A stretch of DNA of 64,000 bases from Phoronis australis (lineage: Eukaryota > Animalia > Phoronida), in the NCBI GenBank assembly GCA_002633005.1, contig NMRA01000093.1, forward strand, positions 215,833-279,832, written 5' to 3'. The notes below the pieces were generated by a model. The model saw only the letters and a program-made list of their open reading frames with translations, was not told where the DNA came from and did no database searches. Position numbers and translations under genes: made by a program. Positions 52,833-64,000 of this stretch are shown one piece after another (the stretch's first letter is position 1; each line of letters begins with the position of its first letter).

Positions 52833-55800
52833 TGGAACCCTTTGACGCTTCATACTAATGTGGTTCCACTATTGGCGCCTCTTTTTCTTACATACACCCA
52901 GGAGATCAGCCCCGGTATGCATTCACCGCTTCTATAATCTACTACACTCTGCCCGCGTCAGTCATTTTTGCTGCGCTTAGCAATGAACAGCTGTCGAGGC
53001 TAACGACTCGATTTCAGTTAACTCCCACAACCGGGTTTACTGTTTTGTAGCTCTCCCCAAAATAACTCATAAATTGTGTTTTTCGGACGTATACCTACGT
53101 TTTCTTCTCTTTAAGATAAACACTGACAAATTTCACTTTTATTGTCTGAACCACAAAGATAACTCGTGAAATTTTGAATCCTAGACACGGTAAAGTCGCT
53201 GCAATGATTCAAGTGATATTATACATCGGCATCTTTTCTTCCGTTGGGTGTCGTGCCTTACGCATGATATCGGATGGCAAAAAATTCTTCAGTGTCATTT
53301 TTTCAACTTAAACAAAATGAACTAGACAAAAACCAATTTAAGCCCGACTATAACTAAATTATACTGATTGAGAGACATTCTTGGGGGAGTTAATCATTCG
53401 CTTATCGATACACTAATGGTCTTTATTTCGCGCTTTGGAATATCTCTATTTACATCACCAAATTCCGTAGGTGACGGAGGTTCTTTAATTAAAATCATTT
53501 ATCTCTACAGATAACCAGGGTGTTCATTCCAGCGTACCATGCACGTACGTTACATGTTCCGCGATTACATTGCTCCTAATACACATTTAGTTTGGTGAGA
53601 GTTCAGTAAAGGGTCAGACCCAAATCGGAGGGAACAGACGATATGAAAAAAACTTACAGTCTGCCTTCTGTTGAGCACTTTGTGCGACTAAATTCGCACC
53701 CTAACCAGCACGCGTTTGGAGTGTGCGGCCGAATCAAGGGAAAATTCAACTGGCATCGCTCCTGCCCAGGTACGAGTTGATGGAACAGAGTGTCCTCTTG
53801 TGTTGTTGCGTACGATACGTAGGAGCTCTGTCGACTATAGAGATCAGCATTACACAATAAAAAGGCCCGTTGGCTGACACGAACGTGAGCTGTCTGAAGT
53901 GCTGTCAGATTGACTTCACGCGCCGGTGGGAATGGGTTGCCGTCGGGTCCGTCCCGGCAATACCCACCGACTACGGGCTCAGTGGAGTTCACCAATGTAT
54001 ACGATTATACAGTAATAAGTCGCCAGCGTCCACTAGTTTTCATCCACATACGTATATCCAAATAAACATGGACAAATATTATATCCGATTATCTCATGTA
54101 TAACCGTGTTACTGCTATAACATACTGTACACTGTAGAGCCTACAAAATACTATAAACGTGGCAACCACACCACCAATTGAGGTAGTGGAATTTATCTTT
54201 AAAATTCATACATTCGTTGCCATTGTTAGAGTAATGTACAGTAGAAGAAGTCAAAGCAATATTTCACATAACACTAATCATTTTGTTGTAAATTTGTACA
54301 TTAACAACATGCATGCTATGTTTTGAGGATTTGAAACAGTTTTAAAGTTCGTAAATAACACAGTTTTCGGCATCTCAATACTCTTGTTATTCTTGACCGT
54401 CGTTACTGGACTTGAAGTCGAGCTTGTGTTATCCGCATGAAGTGGGTCGCGAATTCGGGATTGAGGTTTCGTGAGATGGTGTAAGGAGAAAATCAAGTGA
54501 AGAGCGAGTTGATAGGATTTCGCCCAGTGAGTATACTCTTTGCTGTTACATGTTTATCTTATGGAGGACAGTCGATTGTATGGTTCCACCCATTTCCCCA
54601 AATAAATTCCACAAATTTCCCTCGGAGGACTGCACACGTAAAATGTCGAAATTACTGTTCTGGGAATATTTCGTTTGAATTTACCCAAATTAATTAAAGA
54701 GCTTTATAAGCCCTTGTATTTTTTTCCAAAAAAACTGCAAGCGGTGCGTTACTTATTCGGTTCGTGATAACCTAGTTCGTGTTACACGGTAATCCTTTAA
54801 TCGGGAGCTAAGGCACTTGTTTTCGGGTGAGGTCCGATTAAACACATCGAAGGAGTTGTACACCTCATTAAATATTGAATTACATTGTAATTCTCTTTGA
54901 AAAGACCACTTCCATTTATATTTACAGTTCAGTTCAAACATGTATGGTAGTTGTTTATGGCGACCACTGCTCATTGTATCGCTTTATTTGTCGGAGAAGT
55001 TGAAGGTACTTTACATAGCTTTTTGACAGGATTGTTTAAATAATACATCAAATGAATTTTACCGAAACTATTACCTGTAGATTTTGTGTATTTGTCAAAT
55101 GTCTTAACGCTATGGAGCATTTGATAAACATATATGCATAAGATAATGGATTACAACGATTTCAAAGTACTGATCAAAAGTGAAATCTGGCTTTGGCTCA
55201 AATCTGCCCAAGCTGTACTACGTGTAATTTGTTTACTAAAATATGAATGAGTTACCTATATTCTTTTTACTTTGACTTGTTCTGCTCTCAAAGAATACGG
55301 AACCTATTTGGGTATTTTACAAAATAATTAATTCGTTTTTGCGTTACATGTAAAACTGTTCACAAGCAATTATGTCGGTTGTTAAGGACATGCTTCACAT
55401 ATGTCCATTGATTTTAGATTCTCTGTCAATGGTATCTTGCAACTAAAACCAGTATAGTGTGTAACAAAAGAAATGAAATTACTGCTTATGCAAATGAATA
55501 TTACTTACCGTATGTGATAAATTGCTATTAAGTATGGTTCACTAAGTACAAATAGTTCCGACAAGTCAGCTTTAGTCCTTGAAGCACTGCTATCCTGATG
55601 CGTCTGTTTCTGTCTCTTTTGTTCATATGATTCTTGGATAAATACTTCTCTGTTTATATGTTACGAAAGTAAGCTTTGTTTGCATGGGACCATGTCAACT
55701 ACACGAAACTTGTAAACCTACGATAACCTGACAACTCCTACGCTTCCGATACGCACACCCAGCAACTTCAGCGAATCTCGCGCCTTTAAACTCGTGCGTT

Positions 55801-55999
55801 CGTGAAAATTTTATGGAGAGTAACTGAGTTTTAGGAAAATGTGTCCATTCCTTAGACATCCCATTTTGCACTGTCTTCGTCGTTGTTGTTGATGCATGGT
55901 GAAGGTGCTTTTGTTGTGGTTGGTTGTCCTGTAGTTGATATTATTTGAGCCGAACGCCCACAGAGGACACTCGGCCAATTGGTTTTACCGGAACCAGCT

Positions 56000-56960
56000 G
56001 TGTGTTGGAAACATTTGAAACTTCGAGGCCGTTTCCACGGAATATCTGAAAATCTGTTACTGACCGAAACCTAAGCTTCAGAATATAACAGTGATCGTAC
56101 TTCGCAGAACCCTATTGATTTTTTGTGAAATAGGCACGTGGCAGCTTCTGTTTGATGACGTTTCTAGTTTGTCGATGTTTCTATTGACGACATAGCTGTA
56201 CTCGTATTGTGTTAGTACATCACGAAGTCACTTCACTTCTTAGGGCGTGTATTAGAGAATTTTCATCTCCCTATGTAATGCTTGGATCCTTGCGTTTTAC
56301 CGTGGTGTTCAATGTATTAATCATGACCATGTTCGCCCACTCCTAAAAAAAGTTCTACGCTTGTCTCGGTGGACCTGAACAGTTTCCGCCCCATTTCTAA
56401 CCTTCCATTTCTACCCAGCAACGATCTTTTTGAACACATGCCGTCTGAAAATAAGTGCAATCACTGAACTATGGCGTTCTGTTGCTGGTTACTAATGACA
56501 TCCAGTGTGACTTGTATCGAAAGCTGCTTGACAATTTTGATATGTTCGCTGCTTTCGAAATTGTTGATCACCGGTACTTGCTGTAGACATTGCGGCGAAA
56601 CTACGGCATAAGAGTTGTCGTCCTCTCGAGTTTGAGCTCGTATTGCTTTTTTCAAGTATTTATTGATGGAGAGTTCTCAAGGTAGTTCCACCGATGCGTG
56701 GTGCCCCCAGGGATCAGGCGTAAGTCATAATATCTTTCTATATTCATTCGGCTATTGACACTTTGAAAACTTTATGGTTAGACTACATTACCACTCTTGT
56801 GTGGACGCGTCCTGAATTTATTTTTGATTTGACAGTAGCAAGTATGCTGACCCTGGTCATTGAACCTCCAAAATTATAAAAACTGCTTTAAATAGATGTT
56901 GTAAAAATGGGGTTTTCTTAAACTCAGTGAAATCGAAACTGATTATTCCAGGACATCATC
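56000..56960 (+). pseudogene. Decayed LINE (CR1/L2-type) reverse transcriptase fragment
   Basis: Colinear RT motifs despite stops and frameshifts: VRPLLKK, FRPISNLPFL, TNDI, AAFEIVDHRYLL*TLRRNYGIR, IDGEFS..G(A)PQGS, degenerate YH.YADD region, LN..KSKLII. Confidence 0.85.
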
Positions 56961-59385
56961 ACTACAGATCTGCACAATGTGTCAGAGTTTTCCATACACA
57001 CGTCACATCCGGTCTGGACTATTGTCCTCCCAATCCTTACTCACAGCAAAACAGGTACTAAGCAAACCAGTCTCCAACAGAAATATTACCACTTACATCC
57101 ATTCTTCCCGGTCGTCATTGCCAGTCTAGCACCGCATCAACTTCGAATTGATGCTACTTTCAGTGGCGGGTTTAGTGAGGTCAAAAGGGCTATACCCCTA
57201 ATTTTGTGCCAAATAGTGGCCCCTGCTGAGACTTGAAAACTTTGACATATTAGTGGCCAAGACAAATACACACGTCGTGCTTGATGAGTCTTGGCGTCTG
57301 ATAGCTCTCAACTCAACACATTTTCAAAGTCCTTGAAGACCACAGAAACTCACCTGCTTCACGTGTACGAAAATAAGAGTTTGTAGTAACGTGGCCGGTT
57401 TTCCATAGAGCATCGTGATTTTTTACGGAGATCGGCCAATTTTAAAGTTCGCTTTCTTTATTGTACTTGCTACAGAATGACGATGTCTTGACATTTCTGT
57501 CACGCGTTTTACGAGGGTACTTGGCGGCCAAAAAGGAAGACGTCCCGGCGAGTTTTCATTGTTTGATAACAAACACAAATACACACGCAGTCAAAAAATA
57601 TTGCAACGAGTCGAAGCTGGGATGTATAAATCATAAAACTTTAACATGTCTGTCGCTGGCTTCTGCTTTCATGTGGCTGCACTTGATTGACTTGGCCAGT
57701 TTTGGCAGGCCAATAAGCAAAGACATCTGGTTGATTCTCGATGACGACTTGCGACTTACGAGCAATGAGAAGTCTTAGTGGGTTGACCCTGCGTTATAGG
57801 CGAATTCATTCAGCCATACTGTACACAGACAGGGCAGAAGGCAGAGGACAGCGATTTGATGCACGAGGTCGGATATTCAACATGGCTCTCGATATATATT
57901 TGCATCGTCACTTTAATCAGTTCATGGCAATTTAAATGACATTTGTCATTTAAAAACATTTTAGATTTTTGTTACTGTAGATGTACTGTAGCATCGGGAT
58001 AGTCCTAGCATTGCTTTAGGCTAGCAACAAAAACACGCAGTCATTTCAATTAGAACACGAGATTGTCTCCTAGAAAATCATGACAAACAACTGCCGACAG
58101 AAGTTCTTCTGAACGTACGCTGGCAACTGCGGTAGAAATATTTATCTGTTGCAGGTACCAGCTAGAATATATCAAATAGAATGCCCATGTGTGCGGATTT
58201 TGTTTGTACCTGTTTAAATTAGCGTAGAACACGTCACCGACACCGAGAGAAGTCAAATCTAATTCGCACCAACCAATCACTTGGGGTGACACGCTTGTAA
58301 AAATATCCCGTACTATATCGCGTGTTTTCATACAGATTTCAGTATTAATTTCATTTATTCATAAGTAAAGATTCTTAGTAAGAATTACAGGTAGGTCACT
58401 TCTTTACATTTTCGGCTAGATTTAGTGATTTTGCTCGTGCCCAACTGGTCTTGCTATAAGTTGCTGTTTTCGAGGGAAAGTCAACGCGACGAAGAGACAT
58501 GAACTACGAGGCAAGACAAGTAATCTGTCCATAAACCAGTATTTACAAGGCTCGTCGCACAAGTCAATAGACAAAGAAAGGAGTGTTTATGTGACTAAGG
58601 AAATAATGAGCCCCATATATTTTCTTGGTGGATGCCCGTAATGAGACATCCAAATCACTTATAAAGTTACCATTAGAACCCGACGGCGAATTCGGATGAA
58701 ATACTCGGCGACGTGGCATCGAGGTTTCCGTTCCAGTAACATTTGCACAATGATAACCCGAATTTTATGGTAGTGTATTTGCAATAATTGAAGAAATCAA
58801 TGAAGACATGCGAATTATATGTGGGAATTTCAATTTATTCCTGAGTCAAAAACTGGACGCCTACAATTATAGATTTTGTAATAATCCAAATACTAACAGC
58901 TTTGAAGGGAATTGTTAACATTTTGTCAATTGCGACCCATTTTGAGAATGATGTCCTTCAAAGAAAAGGTTTGCTTGGTGAAGAAAAAATCAGTTAAGCA
59001 AGAAAGGCTTACCTTTATCGGCAGTGCGCCCAAAAGATCACATCATCCAGGGATTTTGTTCAGTCTAAAATTTAGACTCTGGAAATTTAATAATTCACTT
59101 TTAAGCGCCAAATATTCTCTAAGCACTATCCGAGATATTATCAAAAACGTAAAAAACAATATTCAGTCCCGGCAAACAATTAGGACGGAATACCTAACAT
59201 ATAATATATTCAATTTGAAATAAATAGTAATTTTTTGTGGATGGTCTGTTAATGAAAGTAAGAAAAAATACTATTTTTAATCCACAGAAAATAAACAAGA
59301 AAAGGAAACTGAGTATTTAGAAACAACATAACCGTGAATTTATAGTTTCTTACAATGTTATGGAACTTTTCACCAATTCAAGCGA

Positions 59386-59503
59386 ATTCTAGAACCTTCT
59401 GGAATCTACCCAATCATTCTACAAACCCATATTAGGCTCCAGAATATTCCAGACTATGGCTCTATATTAATCACTAACATACTGGAATCTTCTAGAATGT
59501 TCC
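59386..59503. promoter_or_regulatory. Cluster of heat-shock elements (nGAAn inverted arrays)
   Basis: Two perfect 4-unit arrays (TTCtaGAAccTTCtgGAA 59387-59404; GAAtcTTCtaGAAtgTTC 59485-59502) and one imperfect array (59437-59454). Confidence 0.55.
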
Positions 59504-62082
59504 CTATTATTCTAAAATGTAAAACATATTACATCAGCCCTGCCCTAACCTCATGAGTCACCTCAAGCAAGTGGTACATGTATATGCTAGTAAACAAACA
59601 AAACAATAAAACTTATTCAACCTAGACCATTTTCAGTCTACTCCTGACACATTCAAAAACATGAGATGCCATGTTCAGCCGAAGCACCAACCTCAGGTTC
59701 CGAGAGGCAGTCTTGTTTTGCGACAAATACAGACGGACCATATTCAAAGAAGATATGATTTTTCATAGGCTATAAAAACAACAACATATTTTCCTTTGCT
59801 TTACTGTCTTATTCACAACCAAGTCAAGGATTCGTTGAATTTATACTTTCCCAGCTGCGGGGATGCTAACATCTGTAGGTATTTAGCCCCATGCACCGAC
59901 ATCAGAAATGATGCGTTTTTGCAAAGAAAATCGTTTACCAAAGAGTTAATGATATAGCTGCATGTGCCTAAGGTTCACTAATAGGTGCATGCGCCTAAGG
60001 TTCGCTAATAGGTGCAGGTGGGTGTCCCTTGTACATGTATAAGCACATGCTTTGGGTACAGGCACACACATTGTCTTCGACATAATCTTTCCTGGGAGAC
60101 ATTTTTGAGCGACTTAGTTTGACCGTGCACTTCCTAAAGTCACCGCTTACTTGTGGAATTTTATGAAACTGTAAGAATAGACAATAGTCCACTTGCGTGA
60201 CCAATTGGTTTAATTGTTTTCATATTCGCAACGGATGGACGAAAATATTAAACTCGACTTGGATATGCATAATAACAACAGATTCAAATTTTCATTTCAT
60301 TCTGGCAATAATGGGCCTTCGTGCAAAAACACGTACGAGCTGAAATAGTTTGGTCTCAGCAGCAAGAAAAAAATCATCAAGGTACCGATTGATGTATTAG
60401 AGGAGAAAAGTTAGGAAAGAGTCAGCCAGATTCTGGGAATAAAAAGAGGGATAGCTGAGCAACAGGTGTCGGAATACCTGTTGCATCACGTCCTTGTAGT
60501 GTCCAAAACACTGACGAAGAAAAAAACTGTCAGAACACACAGTTACAAACCCCAATCGCTAAACTACTATCGCATCAGAGGCTACCTTTTTCTAAAAAAA
60601 ATGTAGTGGTCTTGGAACTTTCATTAAAACAATACATAAGAGGCTTATCTTTCTTTCGTGGATGCGAATCTTTTTAGCAGTAGTGATAATTTTACACTGA
60701 TAAGCCGGTAAATCTTGTTTCATTTGACTGTTTCAAAAACAGCCAGTGAAAAAGAATTCTAGTTCGTAAGGGCTACTTTTGACAGAAAAAGGTGTATATA
60801 TGCAATCTACTTCAACAGTCCAAAAACGTATTCCAAACATGATGTCTATAGGTGGAAAAGTGATAATGACTAAAATCGAGAGCGTTCACACACGCCCATC
60901 TTAAGCATCATAAACAGAGAAATAAGGAATGCTAAGTACTGTCAGATCATAAGGCAGATCGGACGTCCGATCCGCTGCCTAAAAACATCACCCCGAATGC
61001 TTGTCAGACGTGTGATCTACCTTTTAGTTGCTCGCTTCAAAATCGAACTTGCCTTCTTACTGTGAGAAACTGACCACAGCCCAATGCTGTAATTTGTGTG
61101 TACAATCCTCTCTTCGCCCACGACTACACATTATTGTCCAAAATATCAGCATTTTGTATTTCAATGTCACGGTAATTACTTGTAAACCCACAGACAGGTG
61201 ATACTGTTAAGAACGCTCGTTTTCAGAAGTTGATCTCCCTTCATATAAAACGACCTACACATGTTAAAAGTCCACATCTGAACGCGGCATAACATTATTT
61301 ACCATTAGCCACTCGGAGGTTCAGCAGACGTAGCTCTAAAATTGATGGGTGACATCATTTCATTAATAAAAACAAAGCTGATGAATTTCACGCGCATGAG
61401 TTGCTAGGCAGATAAACACGGTGGACGTCAAAATGTAACATTATCAGTGGAATTCAACGGCACATTAACAATTGTCGGCTTCATTTCATTACAAACCTGT
61501 CCGCTAAATTTCACAGGGAATACTGGAGTCGAGTGGCCGCAGAAAAAAATAGTGCCAAAAACTTAAATTGTCGCTACAGAGTTTAGTTCCAAATAGACTC
61601 GCCATCATCTTCAATACAAGGGAAATAAGATACCTGTAATTTATATACATGTAAGTAAGCCGTAACGGTGTTTCGCGGAAATAAAGACAACCGCCGGCGA
61701 TGGACCGGCGAATATAGGCAACTGTCTTCAAATCCGTCGTACCAGCATTGGGACTATGTGCTAACTACATAACATTCATCAAGAAACTTGGTGTTGTACA
61801 TAGTGAGGCATATTCGCGCAGATTTGCCGTTAAGGGCGCTAGCAGTTGCCCGATTCGTCGGCAAACCACAACCAGTCAGTGTCTTAGCTACACGGTGAAT
61901 CCCATTCGTAATGCGTTTCACGAGAGGCCTGCAAACACGATTACCAAAATATTCAAATAGCAATCGGAAGCAAGGCATCAAACGTTTACAACCTTGGACA
62001 ATTTGCATGTGTATCGTCTCCTTGGTGGAAGCATGTACGACACATTTGACCAAGTTTCACCAAACAATTTTCCAGATGTAAA

Positions 62083-62399
62083 AACAGGTGACAAGAATTA
62101 CGCCTACGCTCTAGGCGGCCCAACAGGTGCCAAGAATTAAGACTACGCTCTAGGCGGCCCAACAGGTGCCAAGAATTAAGACTACGCTCTAGGCGGCCCA
62201 GCAGGTGCCAAGAATTAAGACTACGCTCTTGGCGGCCCAACAGGTGACAAGAATAACGACTACGCTCTAGGCGGCCCAACAGGTGACAAGAATTAAGACT
62301 ACGCTCTAGGCGGCCCAACAGGTGACAAGAATTACGACTGCGCTCTAGGCGGCCCAACAGGTGGCAAAAATAAAGACTATGCTCTAGGCGGCCCAACAG
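62083..62399 (+). repeat. 39-bp minisatellite (AACAGGTGACAAGAATTAAGACTACGCTCTAGGCGGCCC) x ~8
   Basis: Head-to-tail units with point variants and no unique spacers. Confidence 0.95.
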
Positions 62400-63825
62400 T
62401 TGTCAAATACGTCTGGAAATGACCGTTGACAGTTTTGGTCACGACATAAAGCTATTCGTTAAAAGTTTCCTGAAGTTCCTTCAAGGTCGCCTTGGTCAAG
62501 TATTTGGAATTACGCTGAAATTGAGTACAAAAAAATGTTTGCAAACATTTACTGAAATATGGCGCTGTACCAAAGTTTAACGGTAGCTAATTTTTGATAG
62601 AGAAGTTCAAAGTTTACTTACCGATTATACATTCTATCCCCCTACCGTTTGAAGTTTATTTTAGCAAGTGATTCTAAACAGGGAAGAATGGATCAGTACG
62701 AAAATAATCATGATGATGTAACTCGAGAAACAATCGCCTCGAAAAACTAAAATAAACATTGTGAACACATCTCACCAGGATATATAAACAAAAAATTTTT
62801 AAGATCCGATTCGGTGACGCTAGAGTCGACCTTTTGAAGCTCTCATGGAATATCAATTAAAAAAAGTTGTTTTATTTCTGCGAAACTACGTCAGTGTTAA
62901 ACTTATTTAGTTGCAGGTACAAGTGTAACGGTGACAATCACCGTTACGTGTTCGTAAACTTGCGTCATTTTACTGACACATTAACTCTTATATATTTTTT
63001 GTCATTGAAAGCACTGGCAGTGGTGTCAGGGTGTAGCGTCACAAATGCCGCAAAATGTACGTGCGCCATAACTTTTTTCGAGTTGGTGTGACGGGGTTGC
63101 GTTCCAACGGGAAGTTTCTGTTTCTTGCAAGGAAAACAAGATCATACAAGGGTTTGCGAGAAATCGCTCCGCATTACAATCGAATCACGTGATCACACTC
63201 GTTCCCCTTGAGTGTGTTCTTACATCAATTTCTCCGACGGCTCTAATAATTTGATACCGTGCAACCAGTTCACACCACATGCAGGTGATTTTACCTTCAA
63301 AACCCGGCAGTGTTGTTCTATGTCATCTGTCGAAGAAGTCTGTCCACAGCTCCCCCTTAGCTATGAAATGCAATGGCACGGGTTTTTACGTTATCGGATG
63401 TTTTTATTTGTGAAATACAGTAGACATCCAAGTTTTATTATGAATAACAAGGTTGCAATGACGAAACACAGATCTTCAGAAATCTCTTTACCATAAACAT
63501 GTTCGTTTTGTTCAAATGTTTCGCATATCTGAGCTTTATTCTTGCACAAATACCTGTCTGGATTTTAGTGACTTTTGTCAAATTTAAAAAAAATAGTACT
63601 TAATTTCAAGGCTCAAATGTACAGGGCTGTTACTTTACATGTATTTGAGTGATGTCGTGATTGACTTCGTTTTTTGGTGCGCGCGCTTACTACAGTGGCT
63701 GCAAATTCGAATACAGGCGCGTGTTGCTAAATATACGCAGGCAGTATACCTTGACAAAATTATGATTTTCGTGCTGAAGCGTTGGTAGTAAAGTTCATTG
63801 ATATTGCGTTGATAGTGATAGAGTN

Positions 63826-64000
63826 CTAATTTTGATAGAGAAGTTCAAAGTTTACTTACCGATTATACATTCTATCCCCCTACCGTTTGAAGTTTATTTT
63901 AGCAAGTGATTCTAAACGGGAAGAATGGATCAGTACGAAAATAATCATGATGATGTAACTCGAGAAACAATCGCCTCAAAAACTAAAATAAACATTGTGA
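63826..64000. other. Second haplotype copy of 62587-62763 starting after a single N (63825)
   Basis: Near-identical sequence with small indels begins exactly at the N. Confidence 0.85.

Noticed and set aside
62083-62399. CRISPR-like array / 136-aa repeat protein (LLGRLERSLNSWH)n
   Set aside because: 39-bp units are head-to-tail with no unique spacers, there are no cas genes and the context is eukaryotic; the ORF is a by-product of a unit length divisible by 3.

Overview
AT-rich, intron-containing genomic DNA from an invertebrate animal (probably a marine bilaterian; the nonapeptide type suggests a lophotrochozoan, which is inference). It is a draft assembly with one N-gap and three single-N joins that duplicate flanking sequence (uncollapsed haplotypes). 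Two genes can be reconstructed by hand. (1) The 3' part of an NMNAT (nicotinamide mononucleotide adenylyltransferase) gene on +, with six exons at 1604-7481; its 5' exons lie upstream of the window. The last catalytic exon has a GT donor inside its final codon, phase-compatible with two downstream exons (12236-12343, 14332-15457). These would add a ~410-aa disordered tail carrying pTyr-type motifs, a DSG degron-like motif and a C-terminal PDZ-type ligand. (2) A complete three-coding-exon vasopressin/oxytocin-family (conopressin-like) prepro-neuropeptide gene on - (31014 to 26024), encoding predicted CFWRNCPSG-amide plus a 14-Cys neurophysin. The rest is intronic or intergenic and full of MITEs, larger non-autonomous TIR elements, tRNA-derived SINE remnants, a decayed CR1/L2-type LINE RT, minisatellites and a compact heat-shock-element cluster. 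No CRISPR array, rRNA or intact tRNA was seen. Most short ORFs in the supplied track are spurious.
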